A DNA stretch of 64,000 bases from the human T2T-CHM13v2.0 reference genome, Homo sapiens. Shown here one piece after another: positions 26,581-42,985 of this stretch; the first letter of the stretch is position 1, and each line of letters opens with the position of its first letter. Both the position numbers and the translations under genes were made by a program. The stretch is taken from NCBI RefSeq assembly GCF_009914755.1, contig NC_060929.1; one strand, 5' to 3'. The notes under the pieces are model-generated. The model saw only the letters and a program-made list of their open reading frames with translations, was not told the DNA's origin and did not search any database.

Positions 26581-28497
26581 TATTGTCACAAGAGGCTCAG
26601 GTTAACATCAGAATATGGGTGCACAGCCGTTCACTTACTGTTAAACCAAATAGTATCAATTGTTTATCCTTACTCAAAGATGGCAACACTAATTATAAAT
26701 GGTGAGTTTCATCGCAATATAAATATTTTACCTATTAATCAATAGCTGTTAGCTATTAATATAGCTACAAATAGTGATTAGCATCATCTATGTGCAAAAC
26801 ACTGGCACTGTACTAATTGCTATAGAGTAAAAATATGAACCAAAGCTCCTAGCTCCAGAGCCAAGAATTTAGTGAGAAGATAATCATGCTCAAACAAGCA
26901 CAAAAACAAAGGAATGGTATTCACAGGGATGGTTACCATCCAGTCCTCATTCAAGAGTATGTGCAGGCATGCTTATGATCGTAGGAACACTGAAAATTAA
27001 AACAACTTAAGATGAATACATAAATATCACGGCCATATGACATTTTATATCCTTCATTGTTAATCTTCCAAAGCATTCAGCTGTGGTAATATTATTTAAT
27101 AATCGACCACATAATTTTAGGACTAGTTAATGTTTTTATTTAAGAACCTTCTATTTATTCTTAAAATTAAAGTCTTCTATAACTTTAGAGGGATAAAGAT
27201 ATAATTTGTAAAATGTGGCATTAATAAAGTTGGACTTACAGAGCTGAAAGAACAAATGTATTGTGTTAAGAGATAAAGCCACTTGTCTGCCAGACACATG
27301 AAATCCTATAGAGACTTCTCACACAAGTCAGGCACACACACACAAGCATGCAAATGCACATACACACACAGAACATTGTAGGTGTTCTCATTGTGACTTT
27401 GGCTTATGATTATCCCTATATGCAAAAAAAAAAAAAGGCCGGCCTCAAAAAGAAAAAATGGAAAAAGCCAACGTTATCTGCTCTAAGAAAGAACTGGTCT
27501 GACTCTATGCAGCTAGATAGTAGCCCTACAGAAAGAAATCTCTAAAAAAGCATTAGCTTTAAATCTTTAAGGAATTATGAGATTTTTGTCCCTCCAAGAA
27601 ATGCATCAAAAATTGGAAAACAGTGTAGAATAGGACCAGAAGGTAAAAGAAGAGAGACACTACTAAATGGATTCTATCTCAGGAAAGTTAAGGTTGAAAG
27701 CCAGAATCTCAAATGGCAAAAGGTAACCCGGCAATTCATTCTAGAGTTTCCAATAATAATAAAACCATCTTAGGCCCCTCCTAAAAAAATTGTCAAGGGT
27801 CATCTATGCCGATTAACTTGGAAGAATACTAAGTGAAGGTGTTACAATGTGGTTCTCACTTCACATTTTCAGTGTATTTATCTTTTACTTGACTCAAAGC
27901 AGATTACAGCAGAAATATCACTTGACAGAGATTGCAAAAATAGCCCATTTTTTTCTTTCTCTTTCTTTCTGAGGGTTGAAATATTTCTAGCTAGTGCCGC
28001 AAAATTGTTCCCACTACTCTGCTTGGCATGAGGAAAGAGATAGACATGGGATAAATTATGGGCTTATCAGTAACCAAAAATGGAGTTGGTATTACAAATT
28101 CATCTAACTTATTTTGCATATTTGGTATTCCTGGTTGGTAGTTATTGTTGTAATTATTATTTAGATGTGTAGTTTTTTGTTTTATTTTAAAATTATCTTC
28201 ATTGTTATAAAAACAATCAATTTTATTTTTAGAAAAAAGATGGGTAAAAAATGATAAAAGTAATTCACCATCTAGAGATAATTCTGTATATATTTTTTCT
28301 GTTTTCTAGTCTTTTGAAAATCTACATATGCATGTATAGGATCATATGTGTAGTGTATATAACTGTATGTAACTACACTGAAATAAATAGGGGAGGGTTA
28401 GAGTTCAACATCAAACACGCTTAACATTAGGCCATGTGGGGTTCAAAAGAACTTGTACATCAAGTAGATCTGAGTGGAGATGGCCAGACACTGAGAG

Positions 28498-28720
28498 GTG
28501 TCTTCGATTGAGTTGCAAGAAAAACAATGCAGAAGTAGAAGTATGTGTGAAGGAGTTTAACTGGAGGTAGGTGGGGCTGCTGCTCCTCTCCTTTCACCTA
28601 TACAGAGTTGGGGAAGCAGGATTGGGTAGACAGGGAAGCAGAACTGAGAGGTGTTTGCAACAGAGATCACAGTCGATCCAGCGGGGAGGTTGGAGCTGAA
28701 TAGTCCATCAGGGGACCAGG
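28498..28720 (-). mobile_element. ERVL LTR16-like fragment
   Basis: Degenerate 'tgtcttcgattgagtt...gggggaagcaggattgggtagacagggaagc'. Confidence 0.4.
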
Positions 28721-28959
28721 CTTCAAAAAGAAGGAATTTGTTTTTTATTTTGGAGGGAATGTCTTGACGTGCCCCATCTATTAGGCTTCTAAAATCTTAA
28801 CTTAGATGTATTGCATCCTCAAAATTTTGTAAGATTTATTTCCTACCTAATAGAGTCCTCCCATTCATATGCTACTTTTTGAGATCGAATATTTTAAAAA
28901 AGAAACATATAGGGTGCAAGCTGTCTTTTAATAAAGGCCCCCAGAAGGAATCACTCAAC

Positions 28960-29140
28960 ACTTATGCTTCCTTTTCATGGGCTAGAACTTAGTCATATAG
29001 CCATGTCTAGAAGGCTGGGAAATGCACTCTTCATTCTGGGCACTGAGTGTGCAAGTGAATGTTGGGATTTCTGTTACTTCTAACAGACAAGGAGTGAAGA
29101 GTAGATATAGGAGGCCCGCTGGCCATCTCTGCCATAAACA
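28960..29140 (-). mobile_element. MLT1J-like LTR fragment
   Basis: 'gctagaacttagtcatatagcc...ggctgggaaatgcactctt' is the reverse complement of the motif in the 50803-51330 copy. Confidence 0.55.
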
Positions 29141-29310
29141 CTGAAATCTGTTTAAATTGAAACCAAGGTTAAACAACGGGTAGTTACCATTATAGAACCA
29201 AACGTAAATGTAATACCTTTTGACAATATAAAAATACTGTCTAGTAGATGACATAAGATTGGTCTGTAAGATGCACCATGTAGCAATCCATTGCAAAATA
29301 AAAATGATGA

Positions 29311-29453
29311 GGCCGTGTGTGGTAGCTTATGCCTGTAATCCCAGCACTTTGGGAGACCAAGGTGGGAGGATCACTTGAGGCCAGAAGTTCAAGACCAGCC
29401 TGGTCAACACAGAGAGACCTCATCTCCTGGACAACATAGAGAGACCTCATCAC
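29311..29453 (+). mobile_element. Free left Alu monomer (FLAM-like) with a 27-bp terminal tandem duplication
   Basis: Alu left arm only; 'ctggtcaacacagagagacctcatctc' repeated imperfectly. Confidence 0.85.
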
Positions 29454-29468
29454 CACATACACACATAT

Positions 29469-29654
29469 ATTTTTTTTAAAATTTTTTTTGTTATACTTTA
29501 AGTTCTGGGATACATGTGCAGAATGTGCAGGTTTGTTACATAGGTATACATGTGCCATGGTGGTCTGCTGCGCCCATCAACCCATCATCTACATTAGGTA
29601 TTTCTCCTAATGCTATCCCTCCCCTAGCCCCCCACTGCCCGACAGGCCCCAGTG
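29469..29654 (-). mobile_element. Very short L1PA (PA7-like) 3' end
   Basis: 'ttatactttaagttctgggatacatgtgcagaatgtgcagg...gacaggccccagtg'; imperfect acacaca..atatttt TSD. Confidence 0.92.
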
Positions 29655-30555
29655 ACACACACAATATTTTAAAGTGGTGGATCTGGGGTCAGGTGTGAGC
29701 AGGAACACAGAGCGCTATATAGATGAGTAGACTTAACTTAAATGTCTTGCTTTGTATGTTGAACTAAGGGAAAATTATGTGAATCTGAAGGAATGACTCT
29801 GTAAGATGGTTCAAGTAAACAAGGAGTCTTGCACAATTTTGACCTCTTGATGGCTTCTCCCAGACTTTTGGTTTGCTGGCCAACTTTTCTTTCAGATGGA
29901 GGCAAAGGTTAAATCTGTGACTAGGTGTTACCATAAAGCAATCTCTCAAACATTTTTTCTCTTAAGACAAATGTGTCATAATGACATACCATAGGAGATG
30001 TTCTTTAACACTCCAGGAGACAAGGGAGTTACTTTCCAAGATAGATTAATTCGCTTTCTTGGGAAGCTTCCCCTCAGGAATCCTATTCTTCCAAGTACAC
30101 TGCTCATAATTACCCAGGCAACCAGTCCATTCAAGTCATGTAGGGCTAAATAGTACAAAAGTGGACTGGGGAAGAGTGAAAACTATCATTGTGTATCTTG
30201 TATAACATATAGAAAGCAATTAAACAAGAATGAAAGACAAGATCTGCCTAAGTAGAGAAAGAGGTTGAGTTGGGTATTACACGATATTGAGATTAAGCTT
30301 AAAATTATGTATTGTGCATTGTGAAAAAAATTTATGTATTGTGAAGTAATTTTTAAACAGTCAAGCTGATAAAGTCTTTATTTTCATAATTTACACTTTT
30401 AAGTTGCTTTATACAATGTTAATTTAATTCAAAGGTATTTAATCTTAAAGATCAGTTATAAAGCATACTTTTCTCTCCCAGGACACAGATGTGGTCAACT
30501 AAGAACGTGGGTAGTAGTCATTAATACAGTCAAATAATAACACTTTTCTCCTGTA

Positions 30556-30571
30556 CCACAAGATGGCAGCA
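30556..30571 (+). promoter_or_regulatory. Candidate CTCF core motif
   Basis: ccacaagatggcagca closely resembles the CTCF core CCASYAGRKGGCRS; lies in non-repetitive DNA. Confidence 0.4.
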
Positions 30572-30929
30572 CATGCAAGGGTGCCTATTTACAGTAATCA
30601 TTTGTGTATAGTTTTAATGTCTCTGGGTTTTGGATGATTTAAAGGGTAGCCTTCTACCTTCTAGAATATAAGTAGTTTATATTATTGCTTTTTTGTTGTT
30701 GCTTATTATTATTGCTTATTTTGTTGTTGTTCATCTTCTTAAGTTCAAGAGCAACACGTATTTTTCCCTCTATAATATCAGATCAAAATTTGTTCTTTTA
30801 CAAATTAAGCTACCTGGTCGGGGGGGGAAAAAACCTATTTACTTTTAGGCCCATGAGAGGATATATCCTTCCTCACAAATGTTATTTGACCTCTCTTTCG
30901 ATTTAGACTCACAAGAGAAATAATCTCAA

Positions 30930-31282
30930 ATTGCTGTTCCCTCTATAAAGTTCTTCCCCTAGATTTCACATTGCTTTTTCAAGTTTCATAGGTATCTGCT
31001 CAATTCATTTCTATGAAGACCTCCATGATTGCCCTGTAAAAAAAAAAAAAAAGACATCATAACACCATTTGTACCTCTAGTATTCCTCTCCCTCCCTGAT
31101 TCTAATTTATTATTGTCAACCAATCTACCATACCTTTACTTATTTATTTGTTTATTGTTCTCCCCTAGTAATATGTAAGCTTTGCAAGAGAAAGGATTTT
31201 GTCAGGCTTGTTCATGGTTGTATCCCCAACTTCCAGAATAGTGCCTGCACTTGGTGGGTATTCACTAAACATGTGTTGAAAG
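30930..31282 (+). mobile_element. L2a 3' end
   Basis: 'atgtaagctttgcaagag...gtatccccaacttccagaatagtgcctgcac...aaacatgtgttgaa'. Confidence 0.7.
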
Positions 31283-32669
31283 TATGTATTGCCATAAAGG
31301 TTGGAACAATTGAAATAATTGTAGCAAGATGGTAGGTGTATTTAAACAGAACAAGTGTCATAAATAAAAGAGCTCTAACCTAAGGATGGAGAGGTAGAAG
31401 TTCTCATTCCTGTTCTACGCGACTACTAAGGACCCTCATGCTGCCATTCAAACTTCGTGGTATTTGGGTTCTATTTAGTCAATATGGATAATAATATCAC
31501 TTTTACTCATATCCTGACATAGATGTGAAGCTCTGGTTATGTAAATTAAGCAAATATGAATAATAAAATTATTTCTTTAATTTTTAATGATTTGAGATCA
31601 CAGAGAATGAAGCTAGTTCTTTCCCTTCAATAGCGGCCATGATTTTCCAAACATTCCTAACCTCTAATAAAGAAAACTTCCCAAGGTACACAAGGCCTCT
31701 CTTTTCTCTCTCAATCAAATATCATAATTCTTGCTTGAGGTTCTGTAAGTTATCTCCTTGAATCTTATTGGTTTTTATTAGACATACTGGCAAATACAGA
31801 GCAAATGTACAACACAAAAAAATTTCACAGGCACAAACTCGTGACTGACATTTCTCCTGGTGAAGAACTTACATAAATGAAGTGGGAAAATATTTTAAGA
31901 AATTAATGCATATACTGTCTCCTACCTTATGATATAACTGCTTACTGATCTCAAACTTGGCAGCTCAAAGAAAGAGTGTCATCTGCTTGAGGAATAGTTT
32001 ACAGTAGGAGAAAATCATGCCACTTTTTTCAGCTTTTAAGATCAAGGAAGATCATTGTCTATTAAATAAAAAAATAGTGGAGATATGACATGATTAGAAA
32101 AAACAGGTTTATATTTCTGTTCATAGACTAGACAAAATAATTCTGACCTGAAACAGAAGAGGGAGAATTGTCCAAAGGTAGAGGAAAGTGAAGTGCATCA
32201 TGCCTTACAAGCTACCTTTTGATTTGGAGTGGAAATTCTGCCAGCCAAATCTCAAATAGAATATGTCACATTTAATTATATCACCCTTTTGTCTCATTCT
32301 AGCTTTTTTGCACTTGAAAGCACTCACAGATCATCTTTTTGCTATTAAATGTCTTGACTGACTTAGAATCAACTAGATCAAAGTGATTCAGAGGTTAAAT
32401 ATATTAATATCCATGTCATCTTGGACAACTCATTTATCATAGTCTCAATTTTCTAACGTGGAAATTAAATCGATTTATTCTTAGGCAAAATGTGTATATA
32501 TCTGTGTAAGAAAATATGCTCATATACTAGATCGATCTCCAGCATTCTCTCTCTTCTTTTGTCATTCTATATCTGCTTCTTTATTCTTAATAACATGCTC
32601 TAGATGCCTCCTATCCAAAGCAATCTCCACATTACTCAGATGCCTCCAAACTATTTCCCCTTCTCATCA

Positions 32670-34590
<1,921 letters not shown>

Positions 34591-35934
34591 TGTTACTTTT
34601 GCATTTTTAAAAGAAATCATGGAAATTTTATTGAGAGGAATAAAAATTACTTATATATCATATTCATTCATCATTATATCATTTCAGTGAGGCTACACAG
34701 GGATTGGCTTTTTTGCAGGTAATATATTTTAAGTCTTTAATAATTAGAATAAAAAGAATATCACTAGGAGTAAAGATATTTAAATATATTATATATTGTG
34801 TGTTGGTGCTTAATATTAATGCTTATATGCATATATGTATATTTATATGTACATAGATACATACATATATATACTTGCAAAAAATATTTTAAGTGGCTTT
34901 AACAAATTAAATTGTAGCATGAAAAATATGCAGCATGGTAAAATACAAAGAATATGCTATAAATAAGTGCAAAAGGGCCAAATAACATTGTCTGAATTAT
35001 TGCACCAGCCTCCTAACCTACATCTTTTCTTCTAGTCTCTAAATTTGGAATTAATTCTCCACATATCTTCTAGAGTAAATTAATGTAATCATTTTACTTC
35101 TCTACTTAAACCACTTCAATGAATTTTGCTTTTCTATTAACTTCTAGAGATATTAAAAATTATTAGGGGGATGCTTTTGCTCTCTTAATAGAGCACTTCT
35201 GATAGTGAAAAAGGTTGACACTCCTCTACTTCCCTCATCTGCTAAAGATAATCACAAACCAAACATTAGAACTCCCCATGTACAATAGCACTCATGATGT
35301 TTTATTATAAGCAATCATATGCTTATATCTCTTCCTGACTTGATGTGAGCTATGTGAGGTGTCTTATTTTATTTCATTTCTATTTATATCCCCATCATTG
35401 TCCCTCAGGGTGATATTTAGTAAATGTTTAACTAAAAGGAAACATATAAAAACACATATATTCACAGTGTACATGGTAGAATGTAACAATGATATTAACA
35501 AACATACCAGGACTTATACATTTAAGGAGATGTTCTTTTTTTAACTTCACAAAATGTATTTTGTAATATGTAATGAAGAAGGCACATATACTAAATTTTT
35601 ATATATGCTTTAATCAAATAAAAATGTGTTCATCAAAAATATCGCAAACAAAATCAAACTTCATATAATGAAAACATATTTTAAACACATACAATGGTGA
35701 ATGTATTAATGTCCTTCATATATAAGGAATGATTAAAAGTCAACAGAAAATGAGCAAAGAGTAATCCATTTGAAAATACATACATTCGGTAAAAACACTG
35801 AAATCTTTAGAGTTAGTAGTAACCTAAGATATGCATATTAAAGAGTGCAGAGATTTTCATTTTGTTCATTAATTGTCAACTTATTTTAATAATAGGTAGT
35901 GGAAGTGAAGAAATTATAAACTTTTGAGGTAGTC

Positions 35935-37195
35935 TTTTTTTTTTAAAGTTCCAGGATACATGTGCAGGATATGCAGGTTTGTTACATAGTTAAATGGGTG
36001 CCATGGTGGGTTCCTGCACCTAACAACTCATCTCCTAGGTATTAAGCCCATCATGCATTAGCTCTTTTCCCTAATGTTCTCTCCCCCTGCCCTCCCCCAG
36101 CAGGCCCCAGTGAGTGTTGTTCCCCTTCCTGTGTCCACGTGTTCTCATTGTTCAGCTCCCACTTACATGAGAACATGCGGTATTTGATTTTCTGTTCCTG
36201 CATTACTTTACTGAGGATAATGGCTTCCAGCTTCATCCATGTCCCTGCAAAGGACATGATCTCATTCCTTTTTATGGCTGCATAGTATTCCATGGTGTAT
36301 ACGTACCACATTTTCTTTAGCCAGTCTATCATTGATGGGCATTTGGGTCAATTCCATGTATTTGCTATTGTGAATAGTGCTACAATGAACATATGCATGC
36401 ATGTATCTTTATAATACAATAATTTTATTCCTTTGAGTATATACCCAGTAATGGGATTGCTGGGTCAAATGGTATTTCTGGTTTTAAATTTTTGAGGAAT
36501 TGCCACACTATGTTCTACAATGGTTTAACTAATTTACACTCCCACCAACAGTGTACATTGCTATTTCTCCACAAAATTGCCAGCATCTGTTGTTTCTTGA
36601 CTTTTTAATAATTGCCATTCTGACTGGCATGAGATGTTATCTCATTGTGGTTTTGATTTGCATTTCTGTAATGATCACTGATGATGAGCTTTTTCTCATG
36701 TGTTTCATGTTTGTTGGCTGCATGTATGTCTTTTTTGGAGAAGGATCTGTTTATATCCTTTGCCCACTTTTTAATGGGGTTGTTTTTTTCTTGTGAATTT
36801 GCTTATGTTCCTTGTAGATTCTGGATATTAGGCCTTTGTCAGATGGATAGATTGCAAAATTTTTCTCCCATTCTGTAGGTTGTCTGTTCACTCTGATGAT
36901 AGTTTCATTTGCTGTGCAGAAGCTCTTTAGTTTAATTAGATCCCATTTGTCAATTTTTGCTTTTATTGCAATTGCTTTTGGTGATTTTATCATAAAATCT
37001 TTGCCCATGCCTATGTCCTGAATGGTATTACCTAGATTTTCTTCTGGATTTTCATAGTTTGGGGCTTTACATTTAAGTCTTTAATATATCTTGATTTAAT
37101 TTTTGTATAGCGTGTAAGGAAGGGATTCAGTTTCAATTTTCTACATATGGCTAGCCAGTTCTCCCAGCACGATTTAGTAAATAGGGAGTCCTTTC
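35935..37195 (-). mobile_element. 5'-truncated L1PA (PA8-PA10-like)
   Basis: 3' end 'ggatacatgtgcaggatatgcagg...taggtattaagccc'; ORFs 36051-36332 and 36751-37008 encode the ORF2p C-terminus. Confidence 0.95.
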
Positions 37196-40100
37196 AAGGA
37201 GATGTTCTTTTATAATCTTCAAAATTATCTCCTTTGGAAGTCAGAAATACTCTCATGATTTGTCTTTTTCATCTCTTTTTCTTTTTGGAATTCCATCTTT
37301 GTAATAGCCTTCAATGTCTAAGCGATTTAAAAAAATATTATCAATGTTAGATCATCCTTTGAATGTAGATTTATTTTGGTGAAAATTCAATTTGGAGGTA
37401 AGTTTAGTGAATAAAGTGGATATTATTTGGATCCCAAAATGAATTGTGATAATAACATAAGATTCATTTTCTCTTGTGTAATTTGTAAACTGGCTTTGGT
37501 TATAAATTTCAAAGACATTTCCATAATGATAGCTGGGTAATCATAGTCTTTCAAATAAATCATGAGGCAAAAAATAAAAATAAAAACCTACACCTTATTT
37601 GGAAGTATAAAATCTAGATTTTAAAACATAGTGGTAGATTTTAGGCACATTTTGAAACTTATTTTTTCCAAAAAGGCAAAGTGAGATAGCCACTATTAGA
37701 TATACTAAAAACAATACACAATGGAAAATATGGTCTTGTCAAAATACCGAAGACGTGTCTTGACCACAAATCCAAGTCGTTTCCTGCTAGTATATATTGC
37801 CTGATGTCATCATAGATAAGAAACCAGTAGGTGTTGTATATTGTATATTTCTTGGACTTATGTAACCAAGAGATCCAACATTACTTTTGATTTTCCTGAG
37901 ATCACTGCACTTGAACTTGCTCTCTCAACACTCTTCATTTAACAGATAAAAAGGGCCAGATATGAGCAAAACACTCTGCTAGCTGGGAATGAGTAAGGTC
38001 TTACTTATATACAGCAGCAATTATCATCTAAATACCTAATTTTAGAAACCTGATTAAACTTTGAAATAATAATTAACAAGATACAGAAGTAAATATTTAG
38101 ATGCTAAAAAAACAGGCAAGAAAATAAGTGCTACAAGAATCAGATACATGGCTGCTTAAGTAATATTGACACATTTTTAAAAGAAATTGGATTTCAACTA
38201 AATAGTTGATAGCCTGGGAAGGGAAAAGTAGCAGGAAACGCATGAGGTAAAGCTTTAAGTTTGAAATGGACAGTTTGGGGCAAAGAGCAGTATTTGGAAT
38301 TCATAGGAGGAATGACTGAATAGTTGGGATGGTGGGGTATTAACAGATGCGAGATCACCATGTAGCCAGCATGGGAGGCACTGTATGCAATATACAGAAT
38401 ATGGCTGAGCATTTAGAAGAATGGAATAATCTATAATTGGTGTTTTAAAATATTAATATGACTACCGAATGAGTAATATATTGGAGCAGAGAGAAACTAT
38501 ACTAACAGAATTCCAAATAAGAGGTTATTGCTAAAATCAAATGTCCTGTCTGATTCAACCAGCCCTTGTAGCCTCTACAAGTATGACTATGCATGGTTAG
38601 GCTTAGTTTCATCCTTAGTTGAAGGTAACATAGGTAATTCCCAGACCTACATGAATGTCTCCAGCACAAGCAGTTTTTAAAAATGTGTGGTAGTTCAGGC
38701 AGCATCAGAGACTAGGTCAGAGTAGGGAATCTGTGTTGACAGCTTACTCTATTTACTACTACTATTTTCCTTGTAAAGACAAACAACTAACTTTATTCAT
38801 TAACTTACCAAAAAATGCTCATAGTGATATACATCCAATGAAATAAATATAGTCATTTTAATAAGAATATTTTCTAAAGTCCTTGAACTTACCATTGCCT
38901 TCTTAGTGTCAAAGTATTGATTAAACAAATTGATAATTACTTGTATAATTATAGATTTATGATATAATTAATTTTTTGGTAAGATAAAAATGCAACATAG
39001 GATACAGCAATACTGATTAGAAAAATTGTCAGACAACCTTTAAAATCAGATTCTCAGAATATTCTCATTTTCTTTAAAAAATATGATGATAACAATTGTA
39101 ACTGGACCTGGTCAGAAATGATTTTTTTCTAGGTCTCCTTTGTTAAAGGAAAGTTGGATTTCTCAGATTCATCCAAATTAATAGAGTGATCCAGAGATGA
39201 TATTTGGATTAAGTCCTTTTTGTTGTTACAACTCACTTCAAACACTGTAGACAAACATGTCTACAGTTCCCTTTTCAACCACTTGCTGGTCTAAATTTAC
39301 TTTTTTTTTTTTTAACATGAGGTATTATATTTTGGTAAAAAGCAAACCCTGACTGCTGTATAATATACCCTAGGGTGCCTCCACTGCACTCCAGGTAATA
39401 ACTTTGTGCCCACATAATGCTGTGCATGTCTCTGTGTAAACCTCTCAGAGAAATTTTTGGAGCAGTTGCCCTTGTATGCCCCACTAACCTCAACAGTCTG
39501 GCAATTGCTGTGAATTTCTTCAGTGATGGGGCAAGTAATAATTTTCCCTAGGCAATGAGGAAAAAAGACAGATCACAACTTAACTAACTTTTCTCCAAAC
39601 TGTCCTTTCTCTTTGGGCCCCAGCCACTGCTGCTGCCATGACACCACTGCCTAGCTCACCCCTCAAACCAATTTGTGACAATCTTTCCTGGTATGCCCGG
39701 GCAAACTCTTGATTCTGTAGTTTCTCCAGGCACCATTGAGAGGAAGGGAGTCAGGACCCACTTATTAAAAGTGAAGCACAGTTCTTTGGAAGTGGGGTCT
39801 CTTTCCTTACCATGACTCAAATTAGGAGGAGGCTCACATGGTGCTTGTAAAGTCTTATTCCACCCACCTGTTGAGATGGTAAGAACAATGTTACTGTTTC
39901 TACTTGCCCTTTGGCACCTGAGATAAACAGAGGATAATTATAATTGTTGTTTGACATTTACTATGGGTTAATACTCATTTTAAAATTGTCAACTGAATGA
40001 AATATTTTTTAAAGTTTTGTGCATAGGAATTTCATTATTTATCACTTCTAGGACCAGGTAAACTAAAAAATGTAATTAAGACAAATAGTTTCAAGTACAT

Positions 40101-41017
40101 CTGTATTTCTGGTGTTGTGTTACATCTCTTATAGAATTAGCCAAGTAAGAACATTGTCATTGAGCCAATACACTAAAGTTTCAAGAACATGCTCATGTCT
40201 TTGCAAAATTTATGATCAGACTAGTAGATACAGAAACCTGACATTGGATTATCTTCTATGAATTACAAACATTGAGAAGAAACAAGTTAAAATTTTCATC
40301 TAGAGGAATTCTAACTCCTCTCTAGATTGCTACTTTTTCCTTTTGGGAGTTTTTAAGTTTGCATCCCTCTGGTAAATTTATGTGATTAAAAAAAATTAAC
40401 CAAATTCCCGAACTGAAGTTGCATCCTGTCTTTAAGACTCACTTCATATACGTTGGCCTCTATGAAAAATCTAGTGTGCCAAAGGCCTCGGAAACTTCCA
40501 TGGTTGAAATATATTCTCCTTTTCATCTAATTAAATGTGCAGTGCACAGAAAGTAAGTTTCTTTTTGTCTAAAAGTTGCCAGCTTTTCTTTTAAACAAGT
40601 TAATCTTGTTTGTATATACCTATGTGCTACATATTAAAATGTAAAAATTTATTAATTTCCAGCAAGTAAAAACAAACATAATCTCAACCAAATTTTGTTT
40701 TAGCCCAGTGTTACTCAAATAAAGGGGTGAAATAAGAGTGCTTTTAAGTTATTTTGAAAAACACACACACATATATCCCAATAAAGCTGTAATGCGGATA
40801 TCTAAGCTTACCAATACCAGCAAAAGTCAGGAAAAGAGCCAGGGACTTCTACATAGGGAAAAACAAAGATTAAGAGACAAGTCTTATCAGGTAATGAGGA
40901 AAATTGCCTAAAGACAAAAAGGGAGAAAATAAATAGGATAGGTTCCATTGAAAAGAACCCTGTGAGTCCTTAAAAAACTGGAATTACAGTTTGAAAACTA
41001 CATCTTAAAACACATGG

Positions 41018-41357
<340 letters not shown>

Positions 41358-42528
41358 CTATTCTCAGTGCTTCCTTCTTAAGTACATCTTATTCAAACTA
41401 TTAAAAGAGTTTGTACCAGTTCACTATAAGAATGATACTTATTATGGGACAGTTACAAATACTAAGAATGCTTGATTGCAGCTGATCACAAAGAGAAAGA
41501 TAACTGAAATGCAAAAGAATTTAATTACACAATTTGATTGTATCAAAAAACAACCATTTGGCTGGGATCTCAGATCTCTGGTATATGGAAACATAATGGT
41601 TTAATCTTAGGCTTAAGCACAATTTGTTAACGAAATTTTCAAAGACAGAATGACACTGTTATTTCTGTAAGTTATTTCTGAACATTTCTCCAGTGATTGA
41701 GACTCATCTACATACTTCTGCAAAAAATACATTAGCTGAATGTATCCCCCACTTGGTCTCGGAAGTACAGAAACTTATCTTGGGCCTTCAAGAACAGGGA
41801 TCCAGAATTCTAACACCGATCTCCTTTCACAAAAGCATTGTTTAGGAGTTTGCTTTTAGCAGCCTTTTCATTTCCAAGAATAGATTGCTTGTAATAGTTT
41901 AGAAATAGGTTGCTTGTAATCACTTGGGATGTAAAAAGGCAAAAAATTTTACCCCTGAGGGATACAAAGGGAAGAAACATGATAATTGTCCTCATTATTT
42001 ATTCCATGACCTAGACACTTACATACATACTGACACTTCGGAGATTTATTTTTTTCATTATTCTTAAAGGAATCATCATCAGTGTTTACTGATAGACAAT
42101 ATTCCTCGTTTAAATTGTGCTAAAATGTAGGATTACAATCAATCCCAGGTTATTTAATAAGGTAGTTATAGACAGAAAACCAGTTGTTTCACATATTGCA
42201 AATCTTCAGTGCAACTTCACATAATCCATTAGGGATAGGCTTACCATAGTGGAAGCATCTTCTTTAGAAAGTGAGCCATCTCTAAGCATGCAGCTTTAAC
42301 AGGGCATCTGGCATGGAGGTAGAAAGCATTCTGTAAACAAAATAAAGGGTTATAGAAATTCTCAATGTCCTTTTACGCTATGATTTTCTTATTCATGAGA
42401 CTATCCTCTGGGGGAAAATGATGACTGGAACTTGGAGCACTCAGGAATATTTGCCAAACATTGCAGAACATTTCAAGGGGTCAAGATTTATTTAGATGAA
42501 GCCCTAAATGAATATATTGATTATGAAT

Positions 42529-42530
<2 letters not shown>

Positions 42531-42564
<34 letters not shown>
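42531..42564 (+). repeat. (GT)17 microsatellite
   Basis: Direct reading of the sequence. Confidence 0.97.
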
Positions 42565-42566
<2 letters not shown>

Positions 42567-42569
42567 ATG

Positions 42570-42985
42570 GTTTGGAAAGTGCATTAGGGCTACTGTAACA
42601 TTTTCACAAACTTGGTGGTTTAAAACCATAGAAATTTATTATCTTACAGTCCTGATGGCCAGAGTCCAAAATCAAGATGCTAGAAGGACCTCACTCCCCA
42701 CAGAGACTCTAGGGAAGAGTCCTTTTCATGACTTGACTAGTGGGCACATCACTCTAATTTATTGCATCTCACCTTGCTTGTTCTTCTGTGCATCTGTCTT
42801 CTCCTCTCTGTGTCTCTAATAAAGACACTTGTCAATGGATTTAGATTCCTCCTAGATAATCCAGGATGATCTCCTCATCTCAAAATCCTTAATTTAATTA
42901 TGTTGCAAAGACTTGCTTTTCCAAATATAGTAACAGGATTGGGGAATGGGTATATTGTTTTGGCGGTCACCATGCAGCCTACCAC
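42570..42985 (-). mobile_element. MaLR MLT1 (B/C-like) LTR
   Basis: 'agggctactgtaaca...cttggtggtttaaaacc..gaaatttatt', 'gataatccaggatgatctc', ends 'cagcctaccaca'. Confidence 0.8.
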
